A program made the position numbers and the translations under genes. Positions 1 to 6,405 of a stretch of 9,562 bases of DNA are shown in pieces (the stretch's first letter is position 1; each line of letters begins with the position of its first letter). A model generated the notes under the pieces. It made no database searches. It was not told the origin of the DNA and was given only the letters and a program-made list of their open reading frames with translations. Origin of the DNA: an uncultured Erysipelotrichaceae bacterium (GTDB taxonomy: Bacteria; Bacillota_I; Bacilli_A; Erysipelotrichales; Erysipelotrichaceae); contig CAYTET010000008.1 of NCBI GenBank assembly GCA_964436975.1, positions 22,439-32,000 of the forward strand. The letters run 5' to 3'.

Positions 1-1
1 G

Positions 2-733
2 AACGACAAAATCAATTTCAAGATCCGCAAAGGCGAAATCGTCGGGATTGCCGGCGTTGAAGGAAACGGTCAGCGGGAGCTGATCAGCACCATTACCGGC
101 TTTGCCCCCGTCAGCTCAGGCAGTGTCACCATGCTGGGCAATGATATCAGCAAGATGACCATCAACCAGCTGCGCCAGAAAGGCATGGTCCATATTCCGG
201 AAGACCGGATGGAAATGGGCATCGCCCATGACATGACTATCGGTGAGAACATGATGGCTGCCAAGCTGGATGACCCCAAATATACTAAAGGCCTTTTTAC
301 CAATGAGGCTGCCATGGATGAAGATGTTGCCAAATGGATCAAGGAATATACGGTTGTCTGCGCTTCCGGCAAGCAGCGCATCGGCAATCTGTCCGGCGGC
401 AACGTGCAGAAGGTGGTTGTAGCCCGTGAATTCACCAGTTACAACGAACTGCTGATCTGCGATCAGCCGACCCGCGGCATTGATGTCGGGGCCACGGAGT
501 TTATCCGCAAGCGGCTGGTGCAGATGCGGGATGCCGGCAAGGCTATTCTGCTGGTTTCGGCCGACTTAGGCGAAATTATGAGCCTGTCGGATTCGCTGCT
601 GGTCATGTACGGCGGCCGCATCGTGGCTTATTTCCCTTCTGTGGGCAATCTGACCGAAGACGAACTGGGCTATTATATGCTGGGCTTAAAGAAGATGAGC
701 CCGGAGGAAATCGGAGGTGCTCTCCATGCCTAA
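2..733 (+). CDS. Sugar/nucleoside ABC transporter ATP-binding protein (NupO/YufO-like), C-terminal part; 5' end outside window
   Basis: Frame 2 is open from base 2, upstream of the listed ORF start at 131: NDKINFKIRKGEIVGIAGVEGNGQRELISTITGF, a degenerate Walker A typical of the second ABC domain. It also has the signature LSGGNVQKVVVAREF and Walker B-like LLICDQPTRGIDVGA. Stop TAA at 731-733. Confidence 0.93.
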   Translation, partial: NDKINFKIRKGEIVGIAGVEGNGQRELISTITGFAPVSSGSVTMLGNDISKMTINQLRQKGMVHIPEDRMEMGIAHDMTIGENMMAAKLDDPKYTKGLFTNEAAMDEDVAKWIKEYTVVCASGKQRIGNLSGGNVQKVVVAREFTSYNELLICDQPTRGIDVGATEFIRKRLVQMRDAGKAILLVSADLGEIMSLSDSLLVMYGGRIVAYFPSVGNLTEDELGYYMLGLKKMSPEEIGGALHA

Positions 734-1874
734 TAAAAAAGAAAAAAAGCCGAGCGGGCTGAGAAATTTCCTTAATTCAATCAGTGTGCAGACCCGTTAT
801 TCCGTACTGCGGATGACGGTCGCCATCCTGATCGGTCTGCTTCTGGCTACAGTATTGATTGTCACTACCGCTAAGGATCCGGGCAAGGCCCTGTATTACT
901 TCTTCTTAGCTCCGACTACGTCAATTACTTATTTCTCTTACTGGATCAATGAGGCAGAGATTCTGGCTATCATGGGCGTGGCGGTCTGCATAATGTTTTC
1001 CGCCAACCAGTTCAACCTGGGTCTGGAAGGCTCGTTCTATCTGGGCGGACTTGTTTCCTGTCTGTCCGGACTGTATCTGGTGCCTAATCTGACATTCTTC
1101 AGCCCGTTTATCTCCATTCTGCTGGCCGGTTTGGTCGGGGCCATTATCACTTTGATTCCGGCCCTGCTGAGCCATAAGTGGAAAGCTTCCGTCATGGTTT
1201 CGTCACTGATGATGAACTATCTGTGTCTGTACTTCGGAATGTTTCTGCTGTTCCAGTATTTTAAGGATCCGGCGACATCCAAGCACACCTACCAGCTGAC
1301 GGATACCGCCCAGCTGACCCACTTTGTTTCGGATACCAAGATCAATACCGGCATCTTCATTGCGGCCATTATCGTTGTTGCCGGCTGGGCTTTCCTTTAT
1401 CATACCAAGCTCGGCCACAAGCTGCGCACGGCCGGCCAGAATGCCATCTTTGCCAAATATGCCGGGCTGAATGTGGCAGCCATTGCCATCATTGCCCAGG
1501 TTGTCGGCGGCTTCATTGGCGGCGTTGGCGGAGGCGTCTATATGCTGTCCCAGTTTGAACGCTTCAACTGGACCGAACTGAAAGGCTACGGCTGGGATGG
1601 TGTCACCATCGCTATCTTTGCTCACAACAATCCCAAGTATGTTCCTATCGCCGCGCTGTTTATCGGCTACTTAAGAGCCGGTGCCACGGTTATGTCCTAT
1701 AAGGCCGGCGTTCAGACGGAATTAACGTCGGTGGTTGAAGGCATCATCATATTATTCCTGCTGGCAGAAAGATTCTTGGCCGGCACTTACCGCAAGATGA
1801 TCTTTGCGGAGGCTGACCGCAAGCGCAAAGACGCTATGCTGCAGCAGATGGCCCAGGCAAAGGAGGTCGAATAA
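726..1874 (+). CDS. Nucleoside-type ABC transporter permease (NupP/YufP-like, BPD_transp_2 family)
   Basis: Multi-pass hydrophobic protein with motif FSANQFNLGLEGSFYLGG and GGFIGGVGGGVYMLSQFERF. ATG at 726 has GGAGG at 713-717 at good spacing, so it is preferred over the GTG at 717. Directly follows the ATPase gene with an 8-nt overlap. Confidence 0.93.
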   Translation: MPNKKEKKPSGLRNFLNSISVQTRYSVLRMTVAILIGLLLATVLIVTTAKDPGKALYYFFLAPTTSITYFSYWINEAEILAIMGVAVCIMFSANQFNLGLEGSFYLGGLVSCLSGLYLVPNLTFFSPFISILLAGLVGAIITLIPALLSHKWKASVMVSSLMMNYLCLYFGMFLLFQYFKDPATSKHTYQLTDTAQLTHFVSDTKINTGIFIAAIIVVAGWAFLYHTKLGHKLRTAGQNAIFAKYAGLNVAAIAIIAQVVGGFIGGVGGGVYMLSQFERFNWTELKGYGWDGVTIAIFAHNNPKYVPIAALFIGYLRAGATVMSYKAGVQTELTSVVEGIIILFLLAERFLAGTYRKMIFAEADRKRKDAMLQQMAQAKEVE

Positions 1875-1877
1875 GTT

Positions 1878-2882
1878 ATGTCAACCCTTGATACTTTGCT
1901 GAGTATATTTACCAACGTTACGTTCTATTATGCGATTTTCCGGGTTACCGCCCCGATTCTGTATGCCACTATCGGCTGTGCCGTCGCTGAAAAAGCCAAG
2001 TGCACCAATATGGGCATGGAAGGCATCATGCTTATCTCCGCCTGGACCGCCGTTATGGTTTCGGCTAAGATTGGCATTCCTTTATGCGGCAATTTCTGGG
2101 GACCGTTTATCGGTCTGCTGGGAGCTGTCATTGCCGGAACCGTCATGGGTCTGGTGGTTGCTTTCTTCGCTTTGAAACTTAAAGTCGATATCATTCTGGT
2201 CGGCATTGCCACCAATCTGATCGGCACCGGCGCCACGGCGTTCTTCATGTATGTCATTACCGGCGACCGGGCCACGACTACTTCCCTGCAGTCAGGTACG
2301 CTGCCGGCGCTGTCTATTCCGCTGCTCAAGGATATCCCGGTTATCGGCGAGATCCTGTCTAACCAGAATATTCTGACCTACTTCTCCTGGATTGTGGTCT
2401 TTATCATCGCCTTTATGATGTACAAGACCAAGCTGGGTCTGCGGATTAGAGCCGTCGGGGAAAACCCGGATGCGGCTTCTTCGGTCGGCATTTCGGTAAA
2501 CAAGATCAAAACAACGGCCCTGGGCATCTCCGGATGCATCGGCGGCTTTGGCGGAGCTTTCATGAGTCTGGTTTATCTGTCTTATTTCTCATCCAGCATT
2601 ACTGCTGGCCGCGGCTTCATTGCTCTGGCGGCCTGCGCCATGGGCAATGCAGAGCCGATAAGCTGTGCTCTGACCGCCCTGCTGTTTGGCTTCTTCTATG
2701 ATCTGGCCAACTATGCTTCTTCAACGCAGATTCCTTCCCAGCTGGTAGCGGCGATTCCTTATCTGGCCACTATCATCGGCCTGGTCATCTACTCTATCCG
2801 CCGGACGGCCCGTGAAAAACGGCTGCTGATGGGCGAGCAGAAGGAAATCGAAGTTAAAGACGAACCGACCAGCCAAGGTTAA
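1878..2882 (+). CDS. Nucleoside-type ABC transporter permease (NupQ/YufQ-like, BPD_transp_2 family)
   Basis: 334 aa, multi-pass, with APILYATIGCAVAEKAKCTNMGMEGIMLISAW (the variant of the usual 'ER.GvvNIGlEG' motif) and RIRAVGENPDAASSVGISVNKIK. AGGAGG RBS at 1861-1866. Starts 3 nt after the previous stop. Confidence 0.93.
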   Translation: MSTLDTLLSIFTNVTFYYAIFRVTAPILYATIGCAVAEKAKCTNMGMEGIMLISAWTAVMVSAKIGIPLCGNFWGPFIGLLGAVIAGTVMGLVVAFFALKLKVDIILVGIATNLIGTGATAFFMYVITGDRATTTSLQSGTLPALSIPLLKDIPVIGEILSNQNILTYFSWIVVFIIAFMMYKTKLGLRIRAVGENPDAASSVGISVNKIKTTALGISGCIGGFGGAFMSLVYLSYFSSSITAGRGFIALAACAMGNAEPISCALTALLFGFFYDLANYASSTQIPSQLVAAIPYLATIIGLVIYSIRRTAREKRLLMGEQKEIEVKDEPTSQG

Positions 2883-2892
2883 CTGATTAAAC

Positions 2893-2922
2893 AAAACTGA
2901 AGCTATGCGGCTTCAGTTTTTT
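2893..2922 (+). terminator. Intrinsic terminator-like hairpin between permease and first nucleoside hydrolase
   Basis: Perfect 11-bp stem AAAACTGAAGC (2893-2903) / GCTTCAGTTTT (2910-2920) with 6-nt loop TATGCG, and a T6 run at 2917-2922. Confidence 0.6.
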
Positions 2923-2930
2923 AAAGGAGG
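2923..2930 (+). promoter_or_regulatory. Ribosome-binding site AAAGGAGG for the first nucleoside hydrolase
   Basis: AAAGGAGG located 6 nt upstream of ATG 2937, directly abutting the T-run of the hairpin. Confidence 0.85.
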
Positions 2931-2936
2931 ATCGCA

Positions 2937-3887
2937 ATGATTCACAGAATACCTGTCATCTTGGACGGTGATCCCGGCCATGATGATGCCATTGCCTGGG
3001 TTTTAGCCTGTCAGGCCCCCCAGCTGGATATCAAAGCTGTCATCGCTGTCAGCGGCAATGTCGGCCTGGACAAGACGCTTTATAATTCGCAGCGGATTCT
3101 GACGCTGTTAAACCGGACCGATATTCCGGTGGGAAAGGGAGCCGGCTGTGCCTTAGACGGCTCAATCGTTACCGCTCCCAATATTCACGGCGTATCCGGC
3201 CTGGACGGACCGGCCATGCCTGAACCGGGCCAGCCGGCGGCTCCGGCGGCCGGCATCGAACTGATGGCCGAAGTGCTGCAGCAGTCCGCTGAGCCGGTGA
3301 CCATAGTTGCCACCGGACCGCTGACGGATGTGGCCATTCTGCTGATGAGCTATCCGCAGCTGAAAAACAAGATTGCCAAAATTTCACTGATGGGCGGCGG
3401 GATTCAGACCGGCAACTGGACGCCGGCCGCGGAGTTTAACATCCTGATTGATCCGCAGGCCGCTTATGCCGTCTTTCATTCCGGCATTCCTATTGTCATG
3501 ATGCCGCTGGATACCACTGAAAAAGCCTATGTTACCCCGGATGATTTTAACCGGATCAACCAGCTGTCCAATCCGGTTAGCACCATTGTCTATGAATGGC
3601 TGAAGTTTTTCTACAAATTCCATCAGACGCTGGGCTACCCCGGCGCCCCGCTGCACGACCCCTGTGCGGTGGGCTATCTGTTGAAGCCGGAGCTGTTTGT
3701 TACTAAAGAGATGTATGTCGATATTGAGCGGGGCGGCAAGTACTGCCGCGGCAAGACCGTCGGCGATTACTACAACAAATCCCACCAGCCGCCTAATGCG
3801 GTCGTGTCTTTGAATCTCAACCGGGCCGGATTTGTGGATATGATTGTGGAAGCCTGTGCAAGCTATGGAGGAGGCAGTCATGACTGA
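2937..3887 (+). CDS. Nucleoside hydrolase (inosine-uridine preferring family, IUNH)
   Basis: N-terminal Asp-rich motif ILDGDPGHDDAIAW, HGVSGLDG, ISLMGGG...GNWTPAAEFNILIDPQAA, PLDTTEKAYVTP and HDPCAVG are all hallmarks of the family. Confidence 0.95.
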   Translation: MIHRIPVILDGDPGHDDAIAWVLACQAPQLDIKAVIAVSGNVGLDKTLYNSQRILTLLNRTDIPVGKGAGCALDGSIVTAPNIHGVSGLDGPAMPEPGQPAAPAAGIELMAEVLQQSAEPVTIVATGPLTDVAILLMSYPQLKNKIAKISLMGGGIQTGNWTPAAEFNILIDPQAAYAVFHSGIPIVMMPLDTTEKAYVTPDDFNRINQLSNPVSTIVYEWLKFFYKFHQTLGYPGAPLHDPCAVGYLLKPELFVTKEMYVDIERGGKYCRGKTVGDYYNKSHQPPNAVVSLNLNRAGFVDMIVEACASYGGGSHD

Positions 3888-4815
3888 AAAACAAAAAGCA
3901 ATAATTGACTGCGATCCGGGCGTTGATGATATCTTTGCCCTGACCATTGCCCGCCAGATGCCGGAGCTGGATATTCTGGCCATTACGGCGGTAGCCGGCA
4001 ATGTGGAGCTGAAGTATACCGGGCCCAATGCCCTTAAGACAGCTGCTTTCATCGGGCTGGATGTGCCGGTGGCCCTGGGGGCCGCCCAGCCCCTCAACCA
4101 GCCGCTGCATACGGCGGCCGAGGTCCACGGCGTCAATGGCATGCTGGGTCTGGATCTGCCGGATTCCGGCAAGTCATATGATCCCCGGCCGGCCTGGGAG
4201 CTGATCTACCAGCTGGCCCGCCAGAATCCCGGCCAGATTACCCTGATTGCAACCGGACCGTTTACCAATGTAGCGACGGCCTGCCTGCTTCATCCGGATA
4301 TTAAGGACTATCTGAAGCGGATTGTGGTAATGGGCGGAGCCTTCTTTGCCGGCAATACCACGCCGGCTACCGAATTCAATGTCTTTGTGGATCCGGAAGC
4401 CTGTGAGATAATGCTGCACAGCGGCATACCGGTTTACATGTGCCCGCTGGATGTTACCCATAAAGCCTACATCACTCCGCAGGAAGCGGAGCAGATCGGC
4501 CGGCTGAACAATCCGCAGGCCGAATTAATCTACAAGATGTCGCTGCGGTCCAATGCCCTGTCGGTATATTCAGAAAACCGCGGCATTCCGCAGCATGATC
4601 CCTGTGCGGTGATGTTTGCCGTCCATCCGGAAATGTTTGTCTACCAGCAGTGCTCTATTGTCTGTGAGACCGAAGGGCTGATCTGCCGGGGCGCTACGGT
4701 TACCGATGAATTCTCCGATAAGCAGATGGGTTTGAATAACGGCTATCTGGTCTATGACATTGACCGGCCGGCGTTTGTGGCTAAAATCATGGAACTGCTG
4801 GCCTGTTATAATTAG
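3880..4815 (+). CDS. Nucleoside hydrolase (IUNH family), second tandem paralogue
   Basis: IDCDPGVDDIFALT, HGVNGMLGLDLPDSGK, IVVMGGAFFAGNTTPATEFNVFVDPEA, PLDVTHKAYITP, HDPCAVMF. ATG at 3880 preceded by GGAGGAGG (3867-3874) is preferred over the GTG at 3844, which lies inside the upstream gene. Confidence 0.94.
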   Translation: MTEKQKAIIDCDPGVDDIFALTIARQMPELDILAITAVAGNVELKYTGPNALKTAAFIGLDVPVALGAAQPLNQPLHTAAEVHGVNGMLGLDLPDSGKSYDPRPAWELIYQLARQNPGQITLIATGPFTNVATACLLHPDIKDYLKRIVVMGGAFFAGNTTPATEFNVFVDPEACEIMLHSGIPVYMCPLDVTHKAYITPQEAEQIGRLNNPQAELIYKMSLRSNALSVYSENRGIPQHDPCAVMFAVHPEMFVYQQCSIVCETEGLICRGATVTDEFSDKQMGLNNGYLVYDIDRPAFVAKIMELLACYN

Positions 4816-4864
4816 GCGGCCGGCTGCCGCTATCAAACAGCGAAGGTACAATTGAACAAGAAAA

Positions 4865-4906
4865 AAGCAGCATCGCTGAAAGAAAAATAATGATGCTGCT
4901 TTGTTT
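4865..4906 (+). terminator. Probable intrinsic terminator after the nucleoside hydrolase pair
   Basis: 10-bp inverted repeat AAGCAGCATC (4865-4874) / GATGCTGCTT (4892-4901) with a 17-nt loop, followed by TTGTTT. The U-tract is imperfect and the loop is long. Confidence 0.5.
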
Positions 4907-4934
4907 ATTGCCGGACAGAAGGAAGAGGAAACCT

Positions 4935-5465
4935 ATGAAGCGGGACGAATCAACAAGAGCATGGAATGAAATGGGTGAGGAATGGATCAGGCTGGCTTTA
5001 CAGGATGAAAGCCGGCTGCAGTTTATCATGCCTTACATGCTGCAGCTGATGGGAAAGGTAAATGACAGGACGATTCTGGATCTGGGCTGCGGTGAAGGCG
5101 GCTACGCCATTGAACTGGCTAAAAGAGGGGCCGTCGTAACAGGAGCTGACGGCAGCACCGCCGCTATTGCCTATGCCCAAAAGACGGCCTTACAGCAGCA
5201 GCTGCCGGTAACCTTTATGCTGGCCAACAGCTGTGACTTAGCTTCTGTTGGCGCGGAAAGTTTTGATATCGTGCTCTGTTCCATGATGCTGATGGACTGT
5301 TCGGATCTGGCGGGCACGGTAAAAGAAGCGGCCCGCGTTTTGAAACCGGGCGGCCGGATGTATGCCAGTGTGCTCCATCCCTGTTTTGACGGCAACCATC
5401 AGATCGGCATCGGCCGGCAGGGTGAAGGCATCGACCGGCAGGTCGTGGTCAAAAAATTACTTTGA
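4935..5465 (+). CDS. Class I SAM-dependent methyltransferase, N-terminal portion ending at a premature stop after a frameshift
   Basis: ILDLGCGEGGYAIELAKRGAVVTGADGS (motif I), FDIVLCSMMLMDC, VKEAARVLKPGGRMYASVLHPCF. ATG 4935 is preferred over ATG 4890, which lies inside the terminator hairpin. Frame ends in KKLL* at 5465. Confidence 0.85.
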   Translation: MKRDESTRAWNEMGEEWIRLALQDESRLQFIMPYMLQLMGKVNDRTILDLGCGEGGYAIELAKRGAVVTGADGSTAAIAYAQKTALQQQLPVTFMLANSCDLASVGAESFDIVLCSMMLMDCSDLAGTVKEAARVLKPGGRMYASVLHPCFDGNHQIGIGRQGEGIDRQVVVKKLL

Positions 5466-5685
5466 GCCGGCCCAGTGGCCGGCCCCGCTTTATGGCGGCG
5501 AAACGCCGGTCTTATGGCATCACCGCACCCTGCAGGATTATGTCAAAGCTTTTGTTAAGGCCAATCTTATAATCGAAGACCTTAATGAGCCCCAGCCGAC
5601 GGATGAGCAGGCCGGTTTGTCTGTCCAGATGGCCTGGCTACAGAAAATACCGCTGTATCTGTACTGGACAGTGCGAAAGCTGTAA
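4935..5685 (+). pseudogene. Full-extent methyltransferase gene interrupted by a 1-nt frameshift near the A6 run at 5451-5456 (or assembly error / programmed slippage)
   Basis: Frame 3 reads ...GEGIDRQVVVKKLL*. The other frame continues ...NYFEPAQWPAPLYGGETPVLWHHRTLQDYVKAFVKANLIIEDLNEPQPTDEQAGLSVQMAWLQKIPLYLYWTVRKL* to 5685, resembling the usual C-terminus of this family. Removing one A gives a continuous 750-nt, 249-aa ORF. Confidence 0.75.
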
Positions 5686-5707
5686 AAAAAGAGTCATGAT
5701 GACTCTT
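5684..5707 (-). terminator. Intrinsic terminator for the minus-strand flavin reductase-family gene
   Basis: On the minus strand: AAGAGTC-ATCAT-GACTCTT followed by a T run (7-bp stem 5689-5695/5701-5707; A7 at 5684-5690 on the plus strand). Lies 35 nt downstream of that gene's stop. Confidence 0.6.
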
Positions 5708-5741
5708 GGTAAAACTAATAATCAAAAACAGTTAGAAAGAC

Positions 5742-6245
5742 CTACTGCAGATAGCTGGCCATAATCTGACCGACATAGACCGTATGGAAGTTATCGGTAG
5801 CGGCATAGCGCTTCTGGTATATGACCGGATCGAGCAGTTCTTTAGTTGTCTGGTAACGGGCAATGACATGGCATTCATAGACCATGCCCTGACAGGCCAC
5901 ATGCGGAGTAGCAATCGCTACGCCGGAATTCATCGGCACTATTTTATTATCGGTCTTTTTAATAATCCGGCCGGACTGGGTGCCGACCAGTTTCAGCAGC
6001 TCTTTCTGATCATCATAGGGCACGGTGACGGTAAAAGTATCAAAGCGGTCGAAGAAATCATGGGTATAGCGGCTTTTGGCCACCAGAACGGTAAAGCAGG
6101 GCTGACTCCAGTTGATGCCGATATTGCCCCAGCCGATGGTCATGGTATTATACGCGACGGCATCGCCGCAGGTCAGAAACAGACCGGCCGGGTAGAGCAG
6201 ATGCAGATTCTTTTCAGCATTATAATCGAATGCGACATTTTCCAT
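5742..6245 (-). CDS. Flavin reductase family protein (FMN-binding split-barrel / flavoredoxin-like)
   Basis: 167 aa: MENVAFDYNAEKNLHLLYPAGLFLTCGD...NTMTIGWGNIGINWSQPCFTVLVAKSRYTHDFFDRFDTFTVTVP. ATG at 6245 has TTGGAGG upstream and is preferred over the listed upstream start at 6296, which lies within the probable promoter. Confidence 0.88.
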   Translation of the reverse strand: MENVAFDYNAEKNLHLLYPAGLFLTCGDAVAYNTMTIGWGNIGINWSQPCFTVLVAKSRYTHDFFDRFDTFTVTVPYDDQKELLKLVGTQSGRIIKKTDNKIVPMNSGVAIATPHVACQGMVYECHVIARYQTTKELLDPVIYQKRYAATDNFHTVYVGQIMASYLQ

Positions 6246-6267
6246 ATAAAGGCCTCCAATTAACATT

Positions 6268-6295
6268 ATTATAACGGAATAAAATAATCTTTCCA
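6268..6295 (-). promoter_or_regulatory. Candidate sigma-A type promoter for the flavin reductase-family gene
   Basis: Minus strand TGGAAA (-35, 6290-6295) - 16 nt - TATAAT (-10, 6268-6273, perfect consensus), just upstream of the gene's RBS. Confidence 0.5.
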
Positions 6296-6347
6296 CAGGC
6301 GGCCCGACTGCCGGCCGGTAATATTGCCGTAAGGGGATGATGCCCTG

Positions 6348-6376
6348 TTGCAGTAAAGCCGGTAAAGGGCTAAAAT
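6348..6376 (+). promoter_or_regulatory. Candidate promoter for the MATE transporter gene
   Basis: TTGCAG (6348-6353) - 17 nt - TAAAAT (6371-6376), about 30 nt upstream of the MATE start codon. The -35 match is only partial. Confidence 0.35.
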
Positions 6377-6405
6377 AGGCGTATTATCGGCGCAGGAAAG
6401 AGGCA

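Noticed and set aside
921-2563. Several antisense ORFs over the permease genes (921-1175, 1203-1625, 1928-2329, 1930-2175, 2378-2563)
   Set aside because: They are shadow ORFs over strongly supported membrane protein genes, with no RBS or motif support.
3384-4172. Long minus-strand ORF (262 aa) opposite the two nucleoside hydrolases
   Set aside because: It is entirely antisense to two well-supported hydrolase genes, the translation is low-complexity without recognisable motifs, and it is a typical shadow ORF of codon-biased DNA. The ORFs at 3169-3387, 3817-4128 and 4174-4461 are treated the same way.
4816-4830. Short GC hairpin GCGGC-CGGCT-GCCGC right after the second hydrolase stop
   Set aside because: Only a 5-bp stem with no T-run. 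GCCGG-rich strings are common throughout the window, so it is not distinctive.
4890-4934. Upstream start of the methyltransferase ORF at ATG 4890
   Set aside because: The first 15 codons lie in the terminator hairpin region. ATG 4935, with a nearby purine-rich GGAAGAGGAA stretch, gives a natural N-terminus (MKRDESTRAWNEMGEEW).
5784-6263. Plus-strand ORF (159 aa) opposite the flavin reductase-family gene
   Set aside because: It is antisense to a coherent conserved-looking protein that has its own RBS, promoter and terminator, and its own product has no recognisable family features.
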